From: Podarcis melisellensis
Lineage: Eukaryota
Assembly (NCBI GenBank): GCA_964234715.1
Contig: OZ174280.1
Direction: 5' to 3' (one strand)
DNA: 64,000 nt
Below are positions 37,489 to 49,781 of the stretch, in pieces; positions within the stretch are counted from its first letter, which is position 1; the number at the start of each line of letters is the position of its first letter. The translations under genes were made by a program, and so were the position numbers. The notes beneath the pieces were generated by a model, which was given only the letters and a program-made list of their open reading frames with translations, did no database searches and was not told the DNA's origin.

Positions 37489-39586
37489 ATCTAACCCCTC
37501 TTCACAGCCCCCCAACAGAGCTGCTTAACCTCACCTACCAAAAACAATGCAAAAGATGGTATTCAGACTTTAGGAGTAGATCCAAACTTAGTCATAATGC
37601 TTAGAGAGTAGACCCATTAAAAGAAATGGGACCTAAGGTACTCATGACTGATGTAGGACTGGTGTCCCATTGATTTCAGTGGGTCTAATCTAAGCACGAT
37701 AAAGTCTGGATCCAGCCCTTTATTTAGAAATTTATCCAACAGGAGGTTTGGCACTTGACACAGCCCTCTGTTTTAAGTTCCAGGGGTAATGTATTGATGT
37801 ACTAGAGTCCTTGTAGCCTACAAAAACACATTTGCTGCTAAAAATGCATCTTACAAATATGGTTTTAACAAATCTTTAATTTTTGTCACATTAAAGTGTT
37901 TTGTTTAAACAAAAGCCCTTCTCAGTTTTGAGTAATTAAAATAAACTAATGCTACTCAAAGTATGCAGGAGGTCTGAAATGTAAGCAAAGCTGTGCTCGT
38001 ATTCCATCTGTTGCTACTGTGCTTTTTAGGCGTGGAATATTTTCAGAGATCTCTCTCCTGCCCTGTGGTGTGGTTTTTTCACTGCTGCTGCTTCTGTTCC
38101 TTCTCAACTACTACAGTGAGATATTTGGGGACATGGCTCTTAGAAACATGGGTTTGTATTGTGGGCCCTGCTGCCCAACAGTTAGACAGAATGAGATATC
38201 AGGCCACTGCTTTGGGGAGACATGAAAGGGACAGCAAATTGCTATTTAATTGTCCGTTCATTATTATGACAATTTTTACTGTCAGGGATGGGGAAAGCTG
38301 CATGTGGGGTTTTCTGCCTCAGGTGCCAAAATAGATTTGCTGGTTGGCCTTGGGTACTATGAACATGCCTCCTGGCTAGGGAAGAAGCACTTGCTGCTCC
38401 ATTTAGGGCTGTAAAATACTGGTATATTGGGGATGGCCCTGGCTGAGGTGATTTCAGTTTTTGTACTCTGATTCCAAATGCATTTTAAGTCTAATGATGC
38501 CTCTGGAGAATAATGAAACATTATTCAGATGAAAGGAGAGAAGGTGTAATCTCGGCCGCAGTGCCATTCTTCTGACTTAATCACCTTAAACTCAAGGAAC
38601 TCGGTGGTGGACCCAAATAAGTTGCTTGCTAGAGATGGAGTTTGTTGAGACTCACTGCAGCCTCTTCATGCAATATGACTGCTTTACGGCGTGGACTGAG
38701 AAGTTCAAGGGATCCAGGGTAAGGCAGCTGGTTTGGGATGTCATGTCAGGCAGCAAATTTGTACGCCATCCAGTTTATTGCATTTTTACTGCCGGGGGGA
38801 GGAAGAGGCATCAATAACTTCTTGACTTTGTGCCCATGCTGCTGTAGCCTTGAGATAGTCTTTTGGATCAACACGTTGGACGTTTCCTAGTACCAGGACC
38901 TTGCATATATGATTAGTTAGAAGATATCTAACTACTTTATTGAATTGCACTATCACTTTGTTCTAAGCTGTTAGTGGCAGTGTGGCCACAAGGTTGATTA
39001 TTTTCTTTCATCTTTGCCCTCACTCATCTTGGACATATCACATTCTTGCTTATCCATTAAATTAAATCATATTGTCCCATATATGTATGTAACCACTCTT
39101 TTACGGCTATTTTCACCTTTTGTATCCTACTTTGGACAAACGCATGTGCCTTTCTAAGGTGGCAAAATGCCTTATTGCGTTCGCCACCTCAATTTCACGT
39201 TGGGGAATTGCATATTTGAAATTACTCCTGTGTGAAAAGCAAATGTCAGAATTTATCATGGTTCCTTGAAAACCTGGAAGAGTATTGGATCCTTTGACCA
39301 TTGCATAGGCCTGAGCTAAGTCCCATTCCTTTGACAATCTGCTGCAGCCACTGGTAGGAACAACAGGAACACTTTAGAAGAATTGATTTCAGTACTGAAG
39401 CTATGAAAAGAGCAAACCTCTTGTGGACTGAGATTGCAAAAGCATATTGCCCTTGGATTCTGGGACTGAAGAAGCATCCAGTTGGGAGATGTGTTATGGG
39501 AATTCATGGCAGAAGCTGGAGAAGTGCTTAATACAGATGTTTATAATCTGAAACTTCAAGCTTCAAAACATGCTTTTATTTCCTAG

Positions 39587-39677
39587 GAAAATGAAATTCA
39601 TGAAGTTCAGTTGACTAAGAAGGACGGACAGAGTCTTGGTATAACAATTGTTGGCTATTCAGGAGTTTCTGATACAG
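39587..39677 (+). CDS. PATJ: PATJ coding exon 8 (PDZ3 start)
   Basis: tcctag|GAA AAT...ACA G|gtgagt; ENEIHEVQLTKKDGQSLGITIVGYSGVSDT. Confidence 0.94.
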
Positions 39678-39809
39678 GTGAGTTATATGACATTTTCTTT
39701 TTTGCTACAGAAAGCCCACAAAATGGACTCTTTCCTGGAATCTGTAAAATTTCAACGCATTCTAAATGCAGAATTAACAAGTAACAGTGTTCTTTTTCTT
39801 TTCTTTAAG

Positions 39810-39901
39810 CAGAATCTTCAGGGATTTTTGTCAAAAACATAATACCTAACAGTGCTGCGGAACACAGCGGTCAAATAAAAGTCCATGACAGAATTATTGC
39901 T
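39810..39901 (+). CDS. PATJ: PATJ coding exon 9 (PDZ3); start 39810 or 39813 (NAGNAG)
   Basis: tttaag|cag|AA TCT...ATT GCT|gtaagt; (A)[30 protein letters not shown]. Confidence 0.93.
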
Positions 39902-40459
39902 GTAAGTTTAAGTCTTATTTTTGCAGGCTGTAGAATCATACTTTGCAGAACATTACTGGTGTAAGATCTGAGAATATTAGGCATAAAATAATCTGTTCCA
40001 GATTATTTTCTGGCTGAGAATCCCCTTCACATGCCGTCCATCAAATGCGAGTGACTTTTCCCTTATGTAAAGCTTCCCTGCCAGCAAAGTACATTCAAGA
40101 CCTATGTAGTCTGTGCAGTCCACATGACTGCATCAGTCACATGCAGCTCCCTCCCACCACTCCCTGGTGGCGGCAGCTGCATACAAATGGCATGACCACT
40201 GACCGCAAGTTCACCTCTGCAGAAAATGCAGTGTGTGTGATAGTATAGGATAATGGCTCGGATCCTCACATTCCTTCTGTGAAAGGAACAGAACTCATAT
40301 TTATAGAAAGGTACCTTTTTTGCCTCCCCCTTTCCACTGCTGTTTCCTGAAAGTCTAATCTGGGGGTTGAAGGACTCTGGAAAATGCTATAAAGTATGGT
40401 GTAGAGGAATGCAGATAGATGGGAAGCTGACAGATGTCAACTTCTCCCTTGCCTGTGTA

Positions 40460-40701
40460 CAGTGGGACCTCAGGTTAAGTACTTAATTTGTTCCGGAGGT
40501 CCGTTCTTAACCTGAAACTGTTCTTAATCTGAAGCACCACTTTAGCTAATGGGGCCTCCTGCTGCCGCTGCGCTGCCGCAGCACAATTTCTGTTCTCATC
40601 CTGAAGCAAAGTTCTTAACCCGAGGTACTATTTCTGGGTTAGCGGAGTCTGTAACCTGTAGCATATGTAACCTGAAGCGTATGTAACCTGAGATATCACT
40701 G
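40460..40701. mobile_element. Tc1/mariner(pogo)-type MITE
   Basis: TA|CAGTGGGACCTCAGGTTA ... TAACCTGAGATATCACTG|TA; homologous to 58543-58757. Confidence 0.85.
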
Positions 40702-41081
40702 TACTTATATTTTAAAAAATCTAGAACTCTTAGTTGCAAGGATCCCATATAATCTGAGAATGTGTTCACTCATGCACACAGTCTCGCAACTGACCAATTT
40801 GTGTTGTGTTGTGTTGTGTTATGTTGTGAACCACCCTGTGATGAAGGGTGGTAAATAAATTTAATAAATAAGCAAAGAAATTGCTTTTTCGTGTCTGGGT
40901 TGATAGGGAGCCCTGTTGAGCTTAAGTAATGTTATTTAATATGAGCAACCAGGCTCATCTTCGGATTTTAGAAATGCCCTGTAATTAGCCTTAACTGGTG
41001 TTATCATTCAAGCAACTTGCTTTCTGACATGGATTTCCATTTAGAAACCAATTTTATGTGTCATACATGTCTATGTATTAG

Positions 41082-41223
41082 GTTGATGGGATCAACATTC
41101 AGAATTATACCAACCAAGAGGTGGTGGAGGCATTGCGAAATACAGGCCCGATTGTACACCTGGCGTTGCTTCGAAAGAAATCGTTGTTTCCTGCTTTCTC
41201 TTCAGAAAAAGGCTTAGGCAGAG
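41082..41223 (+). CDS. PATJ: PATJ coding exon 10 (PDZ3 end)
   Basis: attag|GTT GAT GGG...AGA G|gtaaag; VDGINIQNYTNQEVVEALRNTGPIVHLALLRKK... Confidence 0.95.
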
Positions 41224-41559
41224 GTAAAGCTCTTCTTTAACTATACCTAATGTTCTTCTAAGCCAATGCAAATCCCTTGGCATTTATTTCACCGAACACC
41301 TTGGCATTTTTGTACTGGTGGTATAGTTTTATTTACATGACTGGTCATTCCTGCAGAACCAGTTCATCCTGGTCATGTTCTTCCACTCTTCTGAGCACAT
41401 TCTTAAAGGTTTTATGTGGGACTTCACTTGAGGGTAACCACGGTTACTACAGATTACAGCAGTAACTCAGATCATATTATGCCAGTTTATACACACACAC
41501 AAATTTATTTTTTCATATAAAACAAACAAACAGAAACATCAATAACAATAATCCATTTT

Positions 41560-42135
41560 ATACTGAGGTGTTAGACCTGTGCTTGGAGGTAGTGATAGGC
41601 TGGATGTGGGCCAATAACCTGAAACTAAATCCTGAAAAGCAAGGGGTGTTCTGTGTCCCAAGTTCTTGTGTCGAAGGAGCCAAGTTTGCAGCTTGGGAGA
41701 TGCTCATGGATTCAACTCTGTCACTGGAGACCCAGGTGCCCTCGGGGGCTAGGAGTATTTAAAGCCCTAAACAACTCGGGGCCCTACAAACTTGAAAGTC
41801 TCATTCTCTACAGAGCCTCTCAGGTGCTAAGATTGGCTGTGTGGTGGGGCCCCCTTAGTATTTGCTCTGCCCTCAGAAGCTCAGGTGGTGGTGGTTCAGG
41901 AGAGAGTGTTCTATGTGGCAGAACTTGTTCCCCACAAAGTAGCTTTATTGTATAACCTCCATCAAATGCTGAAGACACAACTCTTTACCTTGTCTTTTGA
42001 CACTGGAAGTTTTTGGGTTTTTAGGAGCTACCTTCTTTTGTGACTGTAAGTTATTTTAAACTCTTTTAATAGTGTGTTTTAACATTGTAACTTGCTCTGG
42101 TACCTTGGAGTGAAGGGTAGGTAATAAACAACAAA
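41560..42135 (+). mobile_element. L2-type LINE fragment
   Basis: CLEVVIGWMWANNLKLNPEK is the RT C-terminal W..N.LKLN..K motif; followed by a deleted, degenerate 3' end. Confidence 0.7.
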
Positions 42136-42534
42136 AGCAACATACGCCAGTACTGAGAACATCATTGGCAATCTGTTAGTTTTGGGGCCTTTCAGAAATT
42201 AACACATAAACAACAGAGCTCTCAAAATGCTATAATGTGGTCCAACTAACTATATTTACTGTGCTAAATATAAGGTACTGATTACTGTGGAACCATTTAT
42301 CTTCCTACAACAATGTTATTTTTTTTCTTTTCAATCATAAGCATTCTAATAATTTCTAATAAATTCTGGAATAATAAATTCTACTCTTTTAAGAACTTCT
42401 TGGGGTGAACAAGCCCATTTCTTTACTATTTTGGAGGGTAGAGTAGAGAGAGCTTGCTATCTAAAAGGTTATATAAGTACACTTCTTGCATACGATCCTT
42501 GGATTATGCAATTGACTGGAAACTTTTGGAACAG

Positions 42535-42675
42535 TTGCAGTGCAGCCAAATATGCCAACCTTATCCTTGGCTGGTGTCGTGGAGACTGAGACTACCGTAG
42601 ATAGTGATAACGAGGAACTTCTAAAGCAAAAAGACAACTCTGAAAACGAGAGGAAGCAAAAACGACATGCAGTTG
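42535..42675 (+). CDS. PATJ: PATJ coding exon 11; 5' boundary uncertain (42529, 42535 or 42541)
   Basis: ...AVQPNMPTLSLAGVVETETTVDSDNEELLKQKDNSENERKQKRHAV G|gtaagt; phase 1/1, compatible with both neighbours. Confidence 0.82.
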
Positions 42676-43613
42676 GTAAGTGATATATCTTTGGAGGAGA
42701 CTTTTGCTACACTAACCTTCTGTTTGCCAACCATATCATATATGGTCTTTAAGTAGTACTAGGACAAATGAGTGTCAATAGAGGGGGATATTGAGCAATT
42801 AATTTTAGTAGCAGCCTAATTTGGCCTAATAACAGCAGGATATTTTTTGTTGTTGCACATTAAAAACTGGGTCTATTGTTTTTGAAGCTTTGTATCTGTA
42901 CAGGAGACACATTATGCTGCAGTTACAGAATTGCTGGAACCCTTGTTTTCTGCTGCAGCTGACAAGTTGTGATGACTTCGTCAGTTTTCACCATATTGGG
43001 GCATTCACAGGCTAATTGGAATGATTTTAAAAGAAAATAAGTGGTCTGTGGCATGCGATTCTACATCTGTAGGCTTGTCATTTCGTAAAATTTTATTTTA
43101 TTACAGAAAGGTAAAAACCATTTAGGATACAGGAATGTAAAAGTGTTTTCACACTGGTAAATATATTCACTTACCTTTCGTGCTTGAGAGCTAAAAGCAG
43201 TCATTTCATTTCAAACATGGTTGATACTAAAACACTGTCTATAAAAGTTCACCCTGGAGCAGAATTTAATGGCCAAATTAAATTCCAAAAATAGGTACTT
43301 ATATTGGAAATGCTGACAGGCACTTAATTATAATAGCACTAAACTAAAACGCCCCTAATTTAATGCCCTGTCTAAACTCTAGAAACGCCTTTCAAACTTA
43401 ATGTAAAAAGTGTGTTTTATAAAATGTGTTTTTTCTCTAGGTCTGATTGTGCTAAGCTTTAATTCAAATTCCTGAATAGATTTAAACAGTGGTGTGCCCT
43501 AACAGCTACAATGATGTTGGTACAGTCAGTGAAATATAATTTAATATGATGTTTGCATGAAACCATTTATTGGGTTCTAGCCGAGTACCTGAGCATCAGT
43601 ATGATGCATTGGT

Positions 43614-43768
43614 TAGAATGATAGAATTGTAGATTGGGAGAGACCCCAAGGATCATCTAGTTCAACCCCCTGCAATGCAGGATTCCTGTCCACAGCTGTC
43701 CCTGGATGGGCTCGAACCACCAACCTTCTGGTTAACAGTCAGATGCACGGACCCATTGTGCCACAGAC
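43614..43768 (-). mobile_element. tRNA-Asn-derived SINE with CR1-like tail
   Basis: Minus strand gtctgtggcacaatgggtccgtgcatctgactGTTaaccagaaggttggtggttcgagcccatccagggac (tRNA-Asn-like, B box intact), then cctgcattgcagggggttgaactagatgatc...attctatcattcta. Confidence 0.82.
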
Positions 43769-43789
43769 TGCACTTTGCCTCTGATCCTG

Positions 43790-43945
43790 TAGGTCTAAAA
43801 TCCCTTTGAAGCCATCCAATTGGTGGCAATTACTACACCCTGTGGGATCAAATTTCAAAGTTTAAGTATGTGCTGTGTGAAGAAATACTTCAATTTGTCT
43901 GTCCTGAATCTTCCACCGTTCAGCTTCTCTGAATGACCCCAAGAT
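43790..43945 (-). mobile_element. CR1 3' fragment
   Basis: aagccatccaattggtggc...tgtgctgtgtgaagaaatact...gtcctgaatcttcca; reverse complement of the same CR1 end seen at 7070-7220. Confidence 0.65.
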
Positions 43946-45434
43946 CTGGTCCAGAAAAGTTATCTGACCCCATAGTGGACTGCACCATTATTTCAGAGCA
44001 TCTGGTTGGGGAGTCTTGACAGGTGTTCCAATGGTTTAACTCCTGTCTGGCCATATTCAGAATGTGGTTGAAAGAGACACTGGTTCACCTCCATGTGCAT
44101 TGACTTACGGTGTCATAAGGCTTGGTGTTACAGACAATGCTTTATTAAGAGCTACATGAAGCCACATAAGTGTAGATAGGAGTGCAATTTAAGGATGCTT
44201 ACCTAGAGAGACTTTGCAACCGTATGTCTTCAGTTATATGTTTCCATATTTCAGAGCGTTGTGTACACAAAGCTTCAATGGCAGCTAGCTTACAATTCAT
44301 TTAATAAAACTGAACACATGTTCTTCCAAAAGTTGACATAGGGCTGTGTAGGAAAGATAACACTGCCTTCAAAGGAACTTGCTTTCATAAAAATGAATCC
44401 CATGCACGATTCTTGATACAGAATCTTGATATAGTTCAGTAAAAGAAATAATCTTAAATTTCACTGTGGCCTTGCAGAGATCTTTTGTTTATTTATCTTG
44501 GACATTCAGGGTCATGCAAAAGGCACAATGGAGTCTTAGAAGCTCAGTGCATCTGAATAAATTCTTACCAGGTAGCAAAGGTAAAACTAGCCTGTGTCAT
44601 TTGGGAGTCCTCCAAAATGACCCTTTGCTCAAATGTTTGAAGGATTATCAGTGAAGATGAAATGCATGCAACCCAATCCGTATGTGTGTTTTTGCCTGGA
44701 AGTAGGTTCTGTGGGATTTATTTTCAAATACATGACTTCTACCTTGATATCTTAGGATGTCATTAAACACTATACACTGACATGCTGTGGTGGTTCTCTG
44801 TTTCTAATGAAAGCAAAACCCATTCTCTTAAGTTAAAGACTCAAGACAAGACTGGCTGATTTTCTGTTCAAACAGATCCTTCCTGCAGTAGTTCTATTTA
44901 ATGTGACATTGTATGTTTTAAAAACATAAATAACAAAATAATGCATGTGGTTTTAGATGGAAAAGCATTAAAGTAAGTGCAGTATGCATTAGGATTTCAG
45001 GAACATGGAGTGCTGCTCATATGTAATGTCCTGTTACTTGTCCCAAATGGTAACAAAATAAGCCATAAAATAAAATAGCTTGCGGTAAACTTATCCTCCT
45101 GTTGGTGCCACTGTTACTTGAACTTTTCTGTCTGCCTGTGGGAGTTTTTGACTTCTGCAAGTTAAATATTACTTAGGGAAGGAACTTTTTATAAGTACGC
45201 TGAGCTTCTGGCTGGGGTCAAATGCAGGGCAGCCAGCCATTTTTATGTTGTCTAGCCATGTCAAATTGTCTTACATGGCTGTAATACCGCTCTGGTTGCA
45301 TAAGTAAGAAAGCTGAAAAGATATAAATGTCAAGATAGCCAAGTTCCCATGGAAGGCTGGTTCAGAACTGAAGCTAAAGTTCACATGGCTCACTGGCCTG
45401 ATTAAGACAAGCAAGGCTTTTATAATAAGAACTC

Positions 45435-45992
45435 TAGGCCTGCCTAGTCCATCACCCTGTTCTCACTGTGATCAGTCAGATTCCTATGACCAGCTTGCCA
45501 GCAGGACCTGAATAGAGCCCTGCTCTCCCCTTTTAGGATTCTCCGCAACTGGTATTCAGAGGGACTTCCTTTTACAGTGGAGGAAGAACACATCAGTTGC
45601 TAGCCTCTTCCATGAATTTGTCTAGTCCTTTTTTTTAAAGCCATCCAAGTTGCTGGTCATCACTCTTGTAGTAGCAAATTCTATACTTTTAACAATGTGC
45701 TGTGTGAAGAGGTTTCATTTTGCGTGTCCTGAATTTCACAGCATTCAGCTTCATTGGATGGCACAGCTTCTAGCTTTATGAGAGAGGGAGAAAAATGTTT
45801 ATCTGCCTATTTTCTCTGTACCATGCATAACCGTATGCACCTTCCTCATGTTCCCCTTATGTACCTTCCCCCTCCCGAAAGTCCCCTTTCCTCAAAATGG
45901 AGTTGCTCCAACCTCTTGATAATTCTTGTTGCTCTTTTCTGCACGTTTCCCATCAATGCAATCTCCTTTTTGAGGTGAGGCAACCAGAACCG
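45435..45992 (-). mobile_element. CR1 3' fragment
   Basis: Reverse CR1 3' UTR and ORF2 end (aaagccatccaagttgctggtcatcac...gtcctgaatttc...gaggtgaggcaaccagaac). Confidence 0.7.
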
Positions 45993-46672
45993 TATGTTGC
46001 TACGTCTGCCAAATGTATAAAGTTCATGAGTGCATTCTGTTGATGTAGTCCTTGATGAGGAGTTGCTGCAAGTGAATGATGGCCCAGTCAGCTTTTATAA
46101 ATGTCAACTGGTCCTTCTAAGTTAATTGAACTGAACTTTGCAGCCAAGAATGATCAATTGATGCAGCGAAACAATGCAGCGCCCATGTCTCATTGACACA
46201 ACAATTGCTGTCCTTACTTTTGAAACAAAACAAACGGCATTGGATAATGCTTTGTTCTCCTGCAATGTTCTGCTCTACAGGGCAGAATTCTACAGTTTTC
46301 CTGTATGCAGGGTTAGCAGCGGCCAGCTTACTGGCTTACCAAAACTGCATGTCGCAGCTGCTTACACAAATTGGGGAGGGCCAAGACTGCAGGGAACTTG
46401 GCAGGAGCAGGAATGGCAGTGGAGCCAATCCAGTGCTCCTGCTGCTGTTTTTGCAGCTGCAAAGCTCCCTGCTGCCTTCTCTTCCCCCTCCCCAGCATCA
46501 GTGCACAGTGTTGGGAAGCTAGGAGTACACTGCCCCCTCCCCAATACTGAACCAGGCTAACACACTTCTTGTACATGGATGTAGGTATAGATATGTTGGT
46601 GCTTTATTAATGTGCAATGGGGAGGGATGCATTTCTCAAGATCTGGTCTTAAATTTTAATTGTTGCATCTAG

Positions 46673-46749
46673 GGAAAGCTCCAGAATTGCCAGAAAACAA
46701 ATTAAAATCCAAGTGGGAAAAACTGCTGGGACCTGACTTTGAAGTTACG
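46673..46749 (+). CDS. PATJ: PATJ coding exon 12
   Basis: atctag|GG AAA...GTT ACG|gtatgc; (G)[25 protein letters not shown]. Confidence 0.93.
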
Positions 46750-48541
46750 GTATGCTGTTCATATGCGTTTGTTTCTGTGTTTCTGTGATATATATTTAGT
46801 GTAAGTTTAATATTCTTCACAAATTAACGAGGGTGATTATCTTCTGCATTTCTAGCTACAACTTTAAAAACAAAACAAAACCCCAAACACTCAAGGTAGT
46901 AAACAAAACGCAACATTTAGAATGTTGAGTAAAATGTTATTACCAAAGACGTGAATGGTGTGAAATATACCATTAGAAGATGCGACAGCAGCAATCAAAG
47001 TTCAAAGAGCGATACCGGAAGATGTTCACTAGAAAAGGGAAGGCTTTGTTTCAGTGATGTAGTCAAGGGGGGCTGTAGGAGAATGCACCTTGGGGAATAT
47101 TTTTCACAGCAGGAATGATGGCATTGTCTGCCAAAGTGCCAGGGAGTTTGATGGTGCCAGATGATCTTCCTTTAGAAGGGTATTGCTGTCTTGGCACCAC
47201 AATTTAAAAGGTCCAGGTCCTTTCTGCCACCACCCTTCCGTAATTCCCCCAATCGCGGCTGTCAGGCAGATTCGTACGTGTAGAGGCAATTCTTAAAATA
47301 TTGCAGTCCAAGGCTATATAGAGTTTTAAATGTCAAAAGCACTTCAAATTGAACTGAGATGCAAATTGATTGCCAGTGCAGGCAATGAACAATTGGAGTT
47401 GTCTTAACCCCATCTGATCAATTCAAACTATTTCTTAGTGCTGCTAGCTATTCACTAGATATTTCTCCTTTTATTTCAATGATCAACTAAGAGCTTTCTC
47501 TTCCAATAAATAATGCTCTATAGTTGATTGGACTTTTTGAAAGCAATTAAGGTGACCCCATAATACTCAGGTTTTGTCTGCCCTTTTTAAATATATATAT
47601 ATATGAAACTAGTCAATTATTTTCCTAACCCCATGACTGAAGTCAGACAGTAGTTTTACAGGGAGTTGTAAGTAGCTTTTTGAAACTATACAAAAACTTA
47701 TTTTACCTGATGAGGAAGTGGCATCATTAATTTAATTATCGGTATTATATTTGCCTTACAAATATTCTGGGCACTTTACAGATTATTAAAACAATGCACA
47801 ATGTTAAAGTGCTGTTATTATCTAAATTTCTGAAGTAAAATAGTCTTGTCTGAAAATGAGCAGCAAGAGGTCCCAGCAGACATCTCTCTTCAGAGGCTGT
47901 TCCAGATTTTGGTGACACAGCTGAAAAGGCCCTGTCCCACCTGTGTTTCTGATGGTGGTGGTGGTGGGGTAGGGTCTGATGAGCAAAGTGTACAGTACAA
48001 CACACCATGATACCTCTCATTTAATTTCCGCACATTTAGGCTCTAATGCAATTTAATCTCTATGCAAGCAATCTCTCAAGTAAAATTTTGTGTGAATTCA
48101 GTTCCAACCACCGCTGGCAATGCATTGACATTCCAGAATTACTGCTGGTATGATTGTTTGTTTCAAGGTGGTTTAAAAGAAATAGTTATGATATCCTTAT
48201 TTTACATGGAGTCCCTGGTCGTCCCTCATCCAAGGTGCTGACTAGATCCACACCTGTTTTGTGTTAGCAGTGCTGCACCTTCAGATGTGCCCAGACCATT
48301 AAAAAGACCTGTAGGGTCATATTCTTATGTTTATAGGAGCAACACAACTGTATCCATACACCGCTGTCCTAGTAACGTACATGTAGAATGATCAGCATTC
48401 TCGCTCCTCTCCACAAAGGGGCATTGCTATGATTTACCTATTTTACATCTGTTGTACACTTACTTTGTTTAGCTCACTGACTTTGAAATAAATATAATGC
48501 TTTAATGAGTACCCATGGAATCTCTCCTTTTAAATCTTTAG

Positions 48542-48598
48542 GTTTCAACTGTGGACATGCCAATCACAGATGATGCTGAGCTGCAGAAATATTCAAAG
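48542..48598 (+). CDS. PATJ: PATJ coding exon 13
   Basis: ctttag|GTT TCA...TCA AAG|gtactg; VSTVDMPITDDAELQKYSK. Confidence 0.93.
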
Positions 48599-49646
48599 GT
48601 ACTGTATTGAGTCATCCCTTTTCCTATTTCTGTAACACGCTAGGAGTGTAAATAGATATAGGTATGAACCACCCACTTAGAACTTACTATATTTGAAATT
48701 TTGGGCAAATTCCGGGTTTGTATCTCTCTTTATGTGCTGGACGTGAATTTGTCCCAAGAAGCTATTCTGTCCTTCTTTTGTCAAATGATAGTCTGTGCAG
48801 AATTAAATATATTGGTTAGATGTCAAGTGCTGTATTTAGCAGCTTTGCTCTTTGAAATGCTTTGTGCCAATGTCTTGGCTTATTGATTGCTAGGACAGGA
48901 GTTGTTGAATAATGCGAGCCAGAAACATTTTTTGGGGAATCAAACCTTCACCTTGACTACCAACTGGGAGCAACACAGGCCGTAGTGTAGACTTTACTGT
49001 AAGAAACTACACAAAGTTAGTATGCAATCTGCAAAAGGACAGACCAATGCCAACTTGCTTTGCTGGATTTCATTTGACCAACTACATCTCATCAGCCTAA
49101 ATAAACATATAACTTCCCTGATCATCTGAGATTTTTAGGTGATGGGCATTGGCTTCTGCTTTTGATTTTCTGCCACTTTGCCATCTTGTCCAAACCTGGA
49201 GCTGTGGGAAACATTTATTATGATTATTTGAAACAAACCTCCTTCAGAAACCAGAGTTGGATTGTTTGAATCTCACAATATTACACATTTTGTCAACTCC
49301 TCCTTCTGGCTGCATGGGAGGTGGAGAGGGGAAGGTCGAGCATGCAAACACAGGTGGAGGTTCATGTTTCACTGAACCATAGTTTAATGTGATGTCTGAA
49401 TGCAGCCATTAGACATTAAGCAATAAAACTGCTGAAGCTATAGATAACACTGCTGAGGTGTAGTCTATGACCCTTGTTTTGAGATATTTAAGTTCTCCAA
49501 ATCTATCAATTGACTTCTGTCATCTAGCATGCTCCCAAGAGGCCCTCTCCCTAGAGGTCCAAGTCGCTGGAAAAGCTGATAAAATACCATACATTTTGGT
49601 TTTTTAACAGCTGCTACTTACTCACACATTGCTTTGTTTTCAACAG

Positions 49647-49781
49647 CTCCTACCTATTCACACAATGAGACTGGGGGTGGAACTGGATACATTTGAAGGA
49701 CATCATTATATATCTTCAATAGCTCCTGATGGTCCGATTGCCAAACTCAGTTTATTGCAGTTGGAGGATGAACTTCTAGAG
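49647..49781 (+). CDS. PATJ: PATJ coding exon 14 (PDZ4 N-half)
   Basis: caacag|CTC CTA...CTA GAG|gtaaag; [45 protein letters not shown]. Confidence 0.95.

Noticed and set aside
43698-43768. Functional tRNA-Asn gene
   Set aside because: Acceptor and D stems are degenerate and it is fused to a CR1-type tail, so it is a SINE head.
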